DNA from: Bugula neritina
Taxonomy: Eukaryota; Animalia; Bryozoa
DNA: 64,000 bases
Assembly (NCBI GenBank): GCA_964035545.1
Contig: OZ037771.1
Span: forward strand, 257,428-321,427
Direction: 5' to 3'
Shown: one piece after another, positions 36,501 through 49,950 of the stretch
Position numbering within the stretch: the stretch's first letter is position 1
How the letters are laid out: each line of letters opens with the position of its first letter
Position numbers and translations under genes: made by a program
The notes under the pieces: model-generated
Database searches by the model: none
Told to the model about the DNA's origin: nothing
The model's input: only the letters and a program-made list of their open reading frames with translations

Positions 36501-38135
36501 CTATAATATACACACTCTATGATATATACACTCTATGATATATACACTCTATAATATACACACTCTACAATATATACACTCTATAATATATACACTCTAT
36601 AATATACACACTCTATGATATATACACTCTATGATATATACACTCTATAATATACACACTCTACAATATATACACTCTATAATATATACACTCTATAATA
36701 TACACACTCTATAATATATACACTCTATAATATATACACTCTATGATATATACATGGTTGTGTATCTATCCACCCATACACTATCAGAATCTTAAATTCT
36801 GCAATTAATGTTAAACTCGGTTGTTGACTTTCATCATTTCGTTGCTGATGTTAGGTTTGAGTGGATTCGATATCACAATAGAGCCGGAGACATTGCAACA
36901 AGTGGAGGATATAGTCAGGTAACACAGGCTATATATAGTCAGGTAATGCAGGCTATATATAGTCAGGTAATGCAGGCTATATATAGTCAGGTAATGCAGG
37001 CTATATATAGTCAGGTAATGCAGGCTATATATAGTCAGGTAACACAGGCTATATATAGTCAGGTAACACAGGCTATATATAGTCAGGTAACACAGGCTAT
37101 ATATAGTCAGGTAATGCAGGCTATATATAGTCAGGTAATGCAGGCTATATATAGTCAGGTAATGCAGGCTATATATAGTCAGGTAACGCAGGCTATGAGC
37201 ATGTATGTAGTTTATAACAACTTTAAACTGTTTTTTAATATTTCATGTTGTTGTTATCCGCAACTAATTCATTACTATGTTTAGTTTTCTAAGGTGGCTA
37301 CAAACTACACTCAGTTGAAGTTACTAAACACATCTGGTTCGTATCTCAGTTGAAACTTTCAATATTTCAGTACTTTTGTCGAAGAACCTCTGAGGCCGGC
37401 GGGTAAAAGCAAGTCTAAGGGGAAGGCATTGTCAAGTTCAGCTAAAAGGTGGGCTGTGTACTATGATAGTCGTGTAATATGGAGCATTTGTTGTAGCATT
37501 ATCAACATCCATGTGTCTATGGTAATCATTAGCTATGGTGACGATGGCTATAGAAGAAGCTGTAAACTTGTCAGTTTAAATGAAAACATTTATGGAATGT
37601 AGTATGTGTTTGCCAAATCCTTCTCTCAATATCAGTGGGAATGTTTAGCCTTGCCGTGCTAGATTAGCTCTGCAATATTCCTCACATGTTATTCAAACAC
37701 GCCCTCACACTCTCAGCTATCAATCACTTGCTAAACCAGGATTATAACTCCTGGTGACTCATAATACAATATGAGTCATGATACTAACAGCTGTACTCAT
37801 TTACCTCACTCAACCTACACTCTACACTGTACCCTGACTCAACCTACACTCTACACTGTACCTTACTAATCTACACTCTACACAGTACCTTACTAACCTA
37901 CACTCTACACTGTACCATCACTCAACCTACACTCTACACTGTACCCTGACTCAACCTACACTCTACACTGTACCTTACTAACCTACACTCTACACAGTAC
38001 CCTCACTCAACCTACACTCTACACTGTACCATCACTCAACCTACACTCTACACTGTACCCTGACTCAACCTACACTCTACACTGTACCTTACTAACCTAC
38101 ACTTTATACTGTTTTATAGGCGGAAAAAAAGCTAA
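33570..38135 (+). CDS. SUPT7L: STAGA/SAGA complex subunit SUPT7L (STAF65gamma)
   Basis: Exons 33570-33724, 34026-34140, 34233-34330, 34576-34685, 34938-35059, 35381-35577, 35982-36109, 36855-36918, 37371-37448, 38120-38135, phase-consistent. Motifs HWGEY, HTIQLEQY, and a histone-fold-like CNHLLRQAVAQLALHQGYE...ALDALT...LRHNVDMERE.GYTGFQDCM. The last three exons are less certain. Confidence 0.88.
34380..34565. repeat. 10/11-bp intronic repeat
   Basis: CATGTGGTAAC/CATGTGATAAC variants run up to the acceptor at 34575. Confidence 0.9.
34699..34932. repeat. 20-bp minisatellite filling SUPT7L intron 4
   Basis: CCT(T/C)TACATGCTGCCGTATT x~12. Confidence 0.95.
35071..35322. repeat. 17-bp minisatellite carrying CAG|GTGAG
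   Basis: GAGACTAGCTGACAGGT x~14, starting ~11 nt after the real CAG|GTGAGT donor. Confidence 0.95.
35599..35980. repeat. 35-bp minisatellite x~11 ending at an acceptor
   Basis: CTGTAGTGCATGTGTTCACAATACACGCTGTCATA. The last copy reads TGTGTTCACAG|. Confidence 0.95.
36180..36752. repeat. 16-bp minisatellite x~35
   Basis: CTCTATAATATATACA. Confidence 0.96.
36909..37196. repeat. 24-bp repeat x12 duplicating the SUPT7L exon-8 donor junction
   Basis: ATATAGTCAG|GTAA(TG/CA)CAGGCTAT. Confidence 0.96.
37805..38105. repeat. ~27-30-bp intronic minisatellite before the last SUPT7L acceptor
   Basis: AACCTACACTCTACACTGTACC... variants. Confidence 0.92.
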
Positions 38136-38832
38136 AGTTGGCCAATCATCTCTTTGTAAGCAGACGAACAGTTGCATATGGGGAGAGTCTTTGAAATAAT
38201 ATGTGATTGCATTAAGTTGTAAAGAGTTGTGTCACCTTGTACAGAGTTGTGTCACCTTGATGCTGTAATAGATATACTATACTATACAATTATACAAATA
38301 AACTATTGGGAAACTCTAACTACTGTGTCTATTATCATCTCTATTACTCTAAGAAAGACTGCAAGCAGTAGAATAGCCGTGAAGTGTAACAATTCTCCAC
38401 CATATTACTCATAAGTCATGACGGGCAAGTCGGACCTGTACACCTACTTATACAAAGATATTATCGTATGCCACTTCCTATAGCAATAGTTGCTTCCTTT
38501 TGAACCAAGCGAGTGATAGAGGAGATACCTTGTGCTGATATTTGCTGTCTCGTCAGCCATCATCGGAACTAGTTGCAGTTCCTGCTCTAAGAATGCTGAG
38601 AAATTCCATGTATATCTGAGCATATTAGATGGAAGTGTGTCTCCATTGCCCCGCCCCCTTCTCTCTTACTACTGACAATATTCTGTTTCCATACCTCTAC
38701 ACATTAGCAATGCTATGACCTCTGTTTAACTTTTAAGCTCAAGAAGGGTGGAACGGTGACAATGTTGTGACCGAACTGTTACATGGTACTACGCCCTGTT
38801 ACTCTCATTACATCCTTCAATGAGTATATACA

Positions 38833-39105
38833 CACATACAGGTACTGATTGCACACATACAGGTACTGATTGCACACATACAGGTACTGAATGCACACAC
38901 ACAGCTACTGAATGCATACATACAGCTACTGAGTACACGCATAGGTACTGAGTACACACATACAGGTACTGAATGCACACATACAGGTACTGAATGCACA
39001 CATACAGGTACTGAGTACACACATACAGGTACTGAGTACACACATACAGGTACTGAATGCACACATACAGGTACTGAATGCACACATACAGGTACTGAAT
39101 GCACA
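38833..39105. repeat. 21-bp minisatellite x~13
   Basis: CACACATACAGGTACTGAATG. Confidence 0.93.
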
Positions 39106-39724
39106 CGTGGAATCGGAGAGGGTTACAGAGCTGGTTAATTGGTAATTTGTCAGTATGTTACAGGCATGCCGAGATTAGGCAGTTTCCATGACAACGGGAG
39201 GAATTTTTACAGATGACAATGCAATATGATGCACATAACTCGGTTCCATAATCTGATTTATTACCTTTCTTCTCTCCTCTACAGCAACTAGAGTGCAGTG
39301 CTCTACCCTCTCCTTGCTTCACTAACTACTGATAGAGGCATAATTGTTTCTAGAACACCTTAATAGTAGGTTGTGTTGGTTTACTGGTGTGTACTCAAAT
39401 CATCTATCTCACTCCTCCTCTAACTCACAGAAGATCTACAGAAGATCTACAGAAGATCCACAGAAGATCTACAGAAGATCCACAGAAGATCCACAGAAGA
39501 TCCACCTACTCAGAAGCATATACTTGTCTTGGATAACTTGATCTCAAAGTGTTTTGAAACAGTCACAGTCCTGGTGAGTAAAAAGTCAAAAGGTGGAAAT
39601 GTTATTCGTGTATGGTTATTTGCAGATATACTTTGTTGAAAGGCAACTATCAGTAGCGTCTTTCTTCTGTACCCTATAAGCACGTCATGTATGCTTATGA
39701 CTACACACACACACATGCACGCAT

Positions 39725-40042
39725 TGTCTCTCTTAATGTCACACTGTCTCTCTTAATATCACACTGTTTCTCTTAATGTCACACTGTCTCTCTTAATGTC
39801 ACACTGTTTCCCTTACTGTCACACTGTCTCTCTTACTGTCACACTGTTTCTCTTAATGTCACACTGTCTCTCTTACTGTCACACTGTCTCTCCTAATGTC
39901 ACACTGTCTCTCTTACTGTCACAATGTCTCTCTTAATGTCACACTGTCTCTCTTACTGTCACACTGTCTCTCTTACTGTCACACTGTCTCTCTTACTGTC
40001 ACACTGTTTCTCTTACTGTCACACTGTTTCTCTTACTGTCAC
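39725..40042. repeat. 20-bp minisatellite x~16
   Basis: TGTCACACTGTCTCTCTTA(C/A). Confidence 0.95.
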
Positions 40043-40928
40043 AACTGCTGCAGAAGTATTGAAGCTGTTATTATGTATACAGATAAAGATAACGCTACAT
40101 TACATTTTATACATGACTTATTATTAAAATGCATGTCGGATTATGAAGGTTAAAGGATAATCTATCAGATAGAAATGAAGCTTTCTGTTTGCTCTACTCG
40201 CTTATCTAAATTCCACAGTTTATATACTCTTTACTCTTTGCTCTATGCATAATATACTATACATTATACACTCTTTGTTCTTTACATTATATACTATACA
40301 TTATACACTTTTTGTTCTTTACATTATATACTATACATTATACACTCTTTGTTCTTTACCCTATACAGTATACACTGTACATTACACATTCTTCACTCTA
40401 TACAGCCTACACTATACATTATACACTATATACTCTATATATAATATACTATACACTACATACTATATATACCATCTGTTCTGTACTGTTCTATACACTC
40501 TTGTAGCGCTGGGTTACATTTAGCTACATAAGATAATAATGTATAATATATTTAAAAATAACACCTGCTATTGTTCAAATTATTCCTAGTTTTATCTAGA
40601 AATAATCATAAATAAATTGCAAGGTTTGATTATAAATTTACAAAATTATTATGAAATAGATAACATGAGATAACATATAACTCCATACTACAACTATAAA
40701 CTGTAACTATATTACTATGCTTCAACACCTAGCTATTACTAAGTTCTGTACGAGTGAGGACGCAGTGAGACCTCACTTTGTGTGGTACAATCACATGCAA
40801 ATCATTAGACTATATTTATACACAACTATGCAGTGGGAAAACCTATCAACACAGAAAGAGCATTGCAATGTGATTTGTAAGAGCACTCTTCCTCTCCACC
40901 AGCTTAATCATTCAGCATACATCCAGTC

Positions 40929-41083
40929 AAACCTCTAGCTGGTGTAAACCCAGCCAAACCTCTAGCTAGTGTAAACCCAGCTAAACCTCTAGCTGGTGTA
41001 AACCCAGCTAAATCTCTAGCTAGTGTAAACCCAGCTAAACCTCTAGCTAGTGTAAACCCAGCTAAATCTCTAGCTGGTGTAAA
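40929..41083. repeat. 27-bp tandem repeat x~6
   Basis: AAACCTCTAGCT(G/A)GTGTAAACCCAGCT. Confidence 0.93.
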
Positions 41084-42064
41084 CAACAGAACTACCTTTC
41101 ATTCTGGAAATATTACGCCTTTAGATTTCCACTGCTACCCTTCCTTAGAGTTGATAACTCTTAGAAAAATTCAGCAAGTATTTTACCCAGTCATTACCAC
41201 TTCCAGCTATACAAGTTTATACTGTGTTGCGACTATAGGAGCTACTTTGCTTGTACTCAGCTGGCTGCCCATTTTCACAGAGATTACAAACTAGATTGTA
41301 TTGGTCGGTTGGCATAAACTATTTCACGAGTAATTACTCCAGAACTCACACGGCTGCTTGATTAAAGCCTCCAACAGTTTAATGTCTCTGTAGAATACTC
41401 CCTTATAATCTATAATGTGGTCTATAGTCTACAGTCTACACTATAAACTCTATACTCTACAATCTATACTCTATACTATAAACTCTATACTCTATACTCT
41501 ACAGTCTATACTCTACACTATAGTATTCCTACTCTTTACTATGAACTCTACAGTCTACACTATACACTATAAACTCTATACTCTACAGTCTACACTATAC
41601 TATACTCTATACTCTACAGTCTACACTATACTATAAACTCTATACTCTACAGTCTATACTATACTATACTCTATACTCTACAGTCTACGCTATACTATAA
41701 ACTCTATACTCTACAGTCTATACTATACTATACTATACTCTACAGTCTACACTATATACTTTTTTTGGAATGTTGTATTGTGCTGTAATGTCAATGTATT
41801 TTATGGGTTTACATATCATAATAATAATTTTAAAGCTAGCTATTGATACATGTGTTGACAATATTGAACCTAGCACATAGTTTAGTTAGCTGTATATATA
41901 AGTATATCATAGCTGTGATTGTATGTTATATCAAATAATTAGAATATATAGATGAACCATGATTAGATGTAGCTGCTTACATACCAAGTATGTTGCCAGG
42001 TGCCCTTCTTGAGAGACCTCCTACATCACATCTCTGACCAATCACTGTACAGAGTAGCAGAGAG

Positions 42065-43323
42065 ATGCGAGAGTTCAAAGTGGTGTTGTTTGGGTCGGGT
42101 GGTGTCGGCAAATCAGCCATCACCGTACAGTTCGTAGCAGGCAGATTCGTACAGAACTACAACCCAACAGTTGAGGATGTGTACAGGAAAGATATTGAAG
42201 TTAACAAAGAGCCTTGTGTGATAGAAGTACTTGACACAGCCGGTAACTTTCTATTTGTTTATTATGAGACTAACTGCAGAGGTCATTGTGATACTAACTG
42301 TAGAGGCCATTGTGATACTAATAGTAGAGCTCATTGTGAGACTAGCAGTAGAGCTCATTGTGAGACCAGTGTAGATTTTTGAACTGTAAAGGCGTAGTCG
42401 CAGGCCTAATGTTGAGATGTCCTGAAATGAGTGACATACTTATTAACTGGAAGCTTCACTCAAGTGAATAAATGCTGAAACTTAGTTAATCACTCGCTGG
42501 CTGTGACACACCTATGATGAAACTAACATAACAGGTTCACCTTCCAGTATGCAAATGAATGCAAAAAGTAATAATGATTTTGTAGTAGTATGTAGCCTGA
42601 TTACATGCATTCAACTTGTATTCCTACACACAACTAGCTAGATTTACATTCTATTAAACCAACTCCATCAACATTTACTCCAGCTGCTAACAATGTATAG
42701 ATATTATATGCTATACTAGCATCAAGATTTATAGTTTATGATATATTACATACAAGGGTATACATATATTACATACTAGGGTATACATATACTACATACT
42801 AGGGTATACATATATTACATACTAGGGTATACGTATATTACATACTAGGGTATATATATATTACATACTAGGGTATACATATATTACATACTAGGGTATA
42901 CGTATATTACATACTAGGGTATATATATATTACATACTAGGGTATACATATACTATTTCAGGTACAGAGCAGTTCGCTTCTATGAGAGATCTGTATATAA
43001 GGAACGGGGAGGGCTTCATCATTGTCTACGGAATAAACGACTACCAGTCATTCAAAGACGTCATGCTCATGAAGGATGCCATATGTCGTATCAAACGCAA
43101 GAAAGAGGTTCCCATAATCCTAGTAGGAAACAAATGTGATCTGCAGTTTGAGAGAGAAGTTACCACAACAGACGGTCAGCAACTGGCAGATATTTGGAAC
43201 GTGCCGTTCATTGAAACGTCTGCTAAAAAGAAATACAACATCAATGAGATCTTCATGGAGGCAGTACACCAGATAAACAATAAGAATAAGAAAGGTGGTA
43301 ACTGCTGTTGCACCATATTATAA
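42065..43323 (+). CDS. RAP2: Ras-related Rap2-like small GTPase
   Basis: Exons 42065-42242 and 42962-43323. [32 protein letters not shown] (Rap-type Thr61), NKCD, ETSAK and C-terminal CCCTIL CaaX box. Confidence 0.85.
42753..42952. repeat. 23-bp minisatellite x~9 abutting the Rap acceptor
   Basis: TATTACATACTAGGGTATACATA. Confidence 0.95.
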
Positions 43324-44337
43324 GCCCGAGTCTATCTTTATATTCTCATTATCCAAGCCTCGCAGATGCCATGGGCATCGTCTGTGTATGTATAACAAAC
43401 AGTCTCTGTAAAGCAATTGGAGAACTGGTAGTGAGAGGGAACAGAGAAACGTGCAGTAGTTTGGTTCTCAGAGGAGATATCAATCATATACTGTCAACCA
43501 GGTGAAACATTCAACAACTAAACAGCCTATTGCAACGTGTTTCACTTTATATACTATTCTTAGGTTATTTTATTAGATAATGGTCCAGTGAAAACTGTTG
43601 AAAACAGTAGAAGAACTACAAATATGTTAACTTGTTGAGCAGCGTGAGTCTAGTGATCATGTCATGTGATGTAAAATGCTCACAGACTGCCCAGATTTGC
43701 TGCCGAAATATTAGTCAGTAAATAAAGTCAGTAGACGAAGTAATGATCATAGATATGAGAATTTGGTATTGTTATATCACATTGTACATAGTATTTATAT
43801 CTCTTCTCTAATAAATTAACTAATATACTGATATTCTTCAATAGTTATTGCAAGTAATAATAAGACTGAAACTATCTACACAGATCTCATTACTGTACAG
43901 CTCACTGTCATAACTCATGATAAAATCTCCATTGTTGCTGTCTTAACAAATCGAAATATCAATATCATGCAATGGTTAATAAGTTATTATTTACTATACT
44001 ACTTCTACATTTGTCTATACATTTATTTAAATGACTTCAATTAACCAGCATCTTCCAAATTTCAACATATAGTACTGAGTGACTCAACCAGCAAAAGGTC
44101 AGGCAGTGAAAGTGTTTATGAAAAGATATATGAAATGAAATTGCACATCGTTTGTTATCAACTAGTAGAATAGTCATATATACTGCAATAGATTACACTG
44201 TTATTGAGATAATATTACATGCACCAAACTCACCCAAACAATCAGATAACTCAGGGCACAGAGAACAACTTCCTGTCGTCATATTGGTTATACATGGTGG
44301 GCCATATTACCATCTCATAATCTGGTCATCATATCAT

Positions 44338-44526
44338 AGTCTCTGGAAGCATTGCATGGTCTCTGGCAGCATTGCATAGTCTCTGGCAGCATATCATGGT
44401 CTCTGGCAGCATTTCATGGTCTCTGGCAGCATTGCATAGTCTCTGGCAGCATTTCATGGTCTCTGGCAGCATTGCATGGTCTCTGGCAGCATTGCATGGT
44501 CTCTGGCAGCATTTCATAGTCTCTGG
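44338..44526. repeat. 20-bp tandem repeat x~9
   Basis: CTCTGGCAGCATT(G/T)CAT(G/A)GT. Confidence 0.93.
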
Positions 44527-44979
44527 TACAGCATGCAAAGAACTTTTTCTAAAATACTAGCCTAGCCTTTCTTAAACCTCAAATTTTCTAGTCTAATGTC
44601 AGTAATGTGTGGCACAGACCACCCACCGTATTGAGACAAGTTTTAGGAAGTTGGGAGCATTGGTTAAACTTGCTTTTCAAACAGCAACATTGTTCCAGTC
44701 TGGCATGCTCACACTTGAAGTCTAACTTAAGAAACTGGAGTCTAACTCAAGAAACTGAGGAAACGTAAATTCTTGAAGACTAAAATTATGATAGGTTGGA
44801 TATCAAGTTGTGTCATTGTACTGGTGGATGAGGCCATAGTGATGAAACATGTCAGGCCATCTGATGTGCCAGTCTAGAGTTAATGATGGAGAAATAGGGT
44901 AGGGGGAGGTAATGACCAGCGCTGAGCTGCTCTGTTTAATGGTCATGTAGCTAAGGCTTGCTCTACAAGAAAGTGCCTG

Positions 44980-45558
44980 AGTAGTCACTATACAACTCTC
45001 TACCCACAGTTACAGTGAGTAGTACTATATCACTTTCTACCCACAGTTACAGTGAGTAGTACTATATCACTCTCTGCCCACAGTTACAGTGAGTAGTACT
45101 ATATCACTCTCTGTCCACAGTTACAGTGAGTAGTACTATACAACTCTCTACCCACAGTTACAGTGAGTAGTACTATATCACTCTCTGTCCACAGTTACAG
45201 TGAGTAGTACTATATCACTCTCTGTCCACAGTTACAGTGAGTAGTACTATACAACTCTCTACCCACAGTTACAGTGAGTAGTACTATATCACTCTCTGCC
45301 CACAGTTACAGTGAGTAGTACTATACAACTCTCTACCCACAGTTACAGTGAGTAGTACTATACAACTCTCTACCCACAGTTACAGTGAGTAGTACTATAC
45401 AACTCTCTACCCACAGTTACAGTGAGTAGTACTATACAACTCTCTACCCACAGTTACAGTGAGTAGTACTATACAACTCTCTACCCACAGTTACAGTGAG
45501 TAGTACTATACAACTCTCTACCCACAGTTACAGTGAGTAGTACTATATCACTCTCTAC
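44980..45558. repeat. 37-bp minisatellite x~15
   Basis: GAGTAGTACTATACAACTCTCTACCCACAGTTACAGT. Confidence 0.96.
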
Positions 45559-45882
45559 TCTTAGCTACAAGTAGTAATCATCAACATTATATTATATTCA
45601 AGTGAATTTAGTGGAAGTGACTCTTACTAAGTATACTAAGGAGACCCTCTCAATCTATATTTGCATCTCTTAAGCTAAAAATAATGTGTCGACCCTATAA
45701 ATACCCTTATAAGCACATTCAAGGGTGTATATTACAACAAAGTAATTGCTTAAAGTGACATTCTAACATGTGGTCGGAGGTTGTCAAATACTTAAGATAT
45801 GATCTATTCTAGGACACTTAGAGAATACATTAATAGCCAAATCCCTTGGACAGCCAGCTGCTCCAAGTGAACAATACATTCT

Positions 45883-46205
45883 CTACTCTCGGCTACTCTC
45901 GGCTACTCTCGGCTACTCTCGGCTACTCCCAGCTACTCTCAGCTACTCTCAGCTACTCTCAGCTACTCTCAGCTACCCTCAGCTACTCTCAGCTACTCCC
46001 AGCTACTCTCAGCTACTCTCAGCTACTCTCAGCTACTCTCAGCTACCCTCAGCTACTCTCAGCTACTCTCAGCTACTCTCAGCTACTCTCACCTACTCTC
46101 AGCTACTCTCAGCTACTCTCAGCTACTCTCAGCTACTCTCAGCTACTCTCAGCTACTCCCAGCTGCTCTCAGCTACTCTCAGCTACTCTCAGCTACTCTC
46201 AGCTA
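45883..46205. repeat. 10-bp tandem repeat x~32
   Basis: AGCTACTCTC. Confidence 0.96.
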
Positions 46206-46658
46206 GTTGAACTCTGTTGGTATTGTTGTTACGGCTACAGTGGTGCAGCTGAGGAAAGAGGAGGTAGCCATTTGTAACTTTATAACAAATCTGAACAGTG
46301 TGCTTAAAGAACAGGCTACTGAAAACAATGTCTTTCACTTTGGTACTGAGTCTAAACATTAGAATACTTTCACTTTGGTACTGAGGCTAAACATTAGATG
46401 ACCTTCAAAGTGTGACAGCTTTATTCTCTTCATAGTAAAATCCTGATAATCAACTAAATTCAACCTAAACATGAGCTCTATAACAATATAGTCTACAACC
46501 ATCTCACAGCCGTAATGATGGAGTAAAAAGGTGCAGATGTGCAGATAGTGGAAGGTATCTTCCCTGTTCTATAAGTACTTCTTTATAATATCAATATCAC
46601 CCCAGACTGCCACGTTTGACTTCAATCAGAACTGTAAGAATAAAAGGCGGAATATTTA

Positions 46659-49600
46659 TTAGCTGTTGATGGGCAGATTTATTCCTGTAAAATATCAATG
46701 AAATGTAATCCATTGCAATACAATATAATTTAATATATTATTGTAGTATAGAAATGCAATGCATTGCACTGATAATACCAAAGCTACAATGTTGTGAAGT
46801 TGTGTAGGTAAACAGACTAACCAAAGATCAGGGCGATGTACATGACTATACCACAAAAGACAGCGATGGTGCCACATGTGAGCGACATTTTAGAGTAGCT
46901 ACGAGCTGTGTCATTGTCTTTTTCTTGTTGTAAGCGCTTCACTTTAGCTGCATAATACAAGTGAACAAGTAACAGTAAATTACAACTAGCAACTTTGCAG
47001 ATATACTGAATGCAGATATACTGAATGCAGACATACTGAATGCAGATATACTGAATGCAGATATACTGAATGCAGACATACTGAATGCAGATATACTGAA
47101 TGCAGATATACTGAATGCAGATGTACTGAATGCAGATATACTGAATGCAGATATACTGAATGCAGACATACTGAATGCAGATATACTGAATGCAGATATA
47201 CTGAATGCAGACATACTGAATGCAGATATACTGAATGCAGATATACTGAATGCAGATATACTGAATGCAGATATACTGAATGCAGATATACTGAATACAG
47301 ATATACTGAATGCAGATATACTGAATGCAGATATACTGAATGCAGATATACTGAATGCAGATATACTGAATGCAGTAACACAGGCTGAAGGTTCTAACAA
47401 TGTAAGCACTTTATTCCTTTCAGAAGCATTATGGTATTATAATACACCAATGACATAATATAAAATAACATGGTAAATATTATATAATGTAATAAAATAT
47501 AGTATATATTATGTAATATAATAAAACATAGTATATATTATATAATATAATAAAACATAGTATACATTATATAATATAATAAAAACAGTATATATTACAC
47601 TCACATGAAGATCGTATGGCGAACATTGAAAATAGAGGGCAGCAGAGAAAAGAGAAAACGGAGAGAAAGTAGTGAGTGCCGGCTCCCAAATCTAAAATAT
47701 ATCAGTTTCTATAGCTCACTCTCATTGGCTTACTTTAGTAGTATCAGTTTCTATCGCTCACTCTCATTGGCTAAGTTTAGTAGTATCAGTTTCCATAGCT
47801 CACTCTCATTGGCTAAGTATATTGGCTATGTTATAACTAATTCTCCTTAGTGTGAATATTCAGTACATTTTATTACAGCTTCAACTGTGAGTTCATCTGA
47901 TAAATTATGAAAAGAAGTTTCAATAAAGTAGAGTTAGATACTCACCCTCTTCCTCTAATTGTGTCTCCACGTCTTTCTTTCCTTCCACTAGCACTGCTAT
48001 ATACATATATAATATATTATATTATTATATGTATTCTCATCATTACACCAGATACTATATTATATTATTATATTATGCTATATTAATATATGTATTCTCA
48101 TCATTACACCAGAGACTATAATATTATATTATTATATTATGTTATATTAATATATGTATTCCCATACAAAGACTTAGTGCTGCTATCAAATAACAATTAC
48201 CTTCTGCATCTACTCCTTGCTTTACATCTGAAATAAATAAATATTATAAGCTAAAATATAAATATTATATAAAACAAATAAATATAGAACACAATAGATA
48301 TTTATATACATTGAATAAATCATATTGAATAAAATATAGAAATATAGAAATAAACATTGAAAACAATAAAGTGAACATCAATTACAATAATGATAACAAC
48401 TTGAGTACAAAGGTTTGGAGCTGTATCCAAGTATTACTGAAATATGTTATGTTACTAGCAACACACAGTACTAACAGTACAACATACAGTACTAACAGTA
48501 CAACACCTGATGTTACACTGTTGATTTTATCAACCTCCTCCACAACCAGGTTGCTGGTGACTTTCTGTTGAGAAGGAGTGGAGAGGTTCTGGTGCAGAGA
48601 CGCGTTCTTCTGGGCAGACGGTGTTGGGTCTACGGAGTGAAATGAGATGTCAGTGTTTTTCTGTTGACTATCTACCTACATAAATCAGGTACTGATTTAC
48701 ACAGTTAGTACAGATAGTATATACAGACACTACAGATACTACACACAGTTACTACAGATAGTACACACAGTTAGTACAGATACTACACACATTTACTACA
48801 GATAGTACACACCCTTACTACACTTAGTAAACACAGTTACTACAGTTATAACACACAGTTACTACAAGTACTACACACAGTTACTACAGTTAGTATACAC
48901 TGTTACTACAGATACTACACACAGTTGCTACAGATAGTATACACAGTTACTACAGTTAGTACACACAGTTGCTAAAGTTAGTACACACAGTTAGTACAGA
49001 TACTACAGACAGTTGCTACAGATAGTATACAGAGTTACTACAGTTAGTACACACAGTTGCTAAAGTTAGTACACACAGTTAGTACAGATAGTATACAGAG
49101 TTACTATAGCAAAGAATTACCATACTTACAGAATGGTAGATTCTACTGACAGAATGGTCGAAATCATTGCAAGCTAAAATATGATATACAGCACATATAT
49201 GTGGTTGTATACACCATAGACTACTACTCAAGTAAAATATAACGCAAAGTGGCAAATAATAAAACTCGAACTGCAAACAAAAACATTAAAAATTCATCTA
49301 TATTTGTATCAACCATTTGACTAATTTAACTTCATACATTGAAGAATAATTCTCAGAAGAAATTCTCAGTAGAAAGTCTTGAAGAATTAGCTAATAGTTA
49401 ACAAATATTGAGGACTTGAAAAGCTGATAGCATAAACATAGTATCTAGATTAATCTATTCGCTAGACAAAAGTTATAAAAGTTTCTTCAAACATAAGTTT
49501 GTAGTCTGAGTTTCATGTTCTCCTAGAAACCAGTCTACAAGGCTTGTACAATGACCGGGACTGTGTGAGAGCCGCCCATTAACAAGTGTAGATCGCGACT

Positions 49601-49950
49601 ACATTTAGCAACACACATGGTAACTAGTAGATAATTATGATGCACACTTACCAGGGAGTGTTCGGCCGCTCTCGGAAACTTTAGGCTACAATATGATAAC
49701 ACGTGTGCACCATAGAATATAGGGGAGATAACTCTGATATGTAGTCTGATAATATTACATGACATGTTATAGGTACATATTACATATAACATTACATGAC
49801 ATGTTATAGGTACATATTATATATAATATTACATGACATGTTATATGTACATATTACATATAATATTACATGACATGTTATAAGTACATATTATATGCAC
49901 ACCTTTGAGGAGCCTGTGGTGTTGTTAACCATCAAGTGCTTCGACGACAT
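46659..49950 (-). CDS. CD225/dispanin-family (IFITM/PRRT-like) membrane protein, copy A (not in the ORF track)
   Basis: Exons 49950-49903, 49685-49652, 49173-49130, 48675-48507, 48227-48201, 47996-47946, 47691-47605, 46947-46822, 46684-46659, all phase-consistent. C-terminal HYFLSVFSFLCCPLFSMFAIRSSSKVKRLQQEKDNDTARSYSKMSLTCGTIAVFCGIVMYIALIFG matches the CD225 layout (hydrophobic segment with CC, S.KV...D...A..YS loop, TM helix). Confidence 0.8.
46996..47375. repeat. 15-bp minisatellite x~25 (paralogous array 51439-51546 has ~7)
   Basis: TGCAGATATACTGAA. Confidence 0.96.

Noticed and set aside
45846-47409. Repetitive ORFs 45846-46277 and 46939-47409
   Set aside because: They are translations of the 10-bp and 15-bp arrays, and the latter lies in a dispanin intron.
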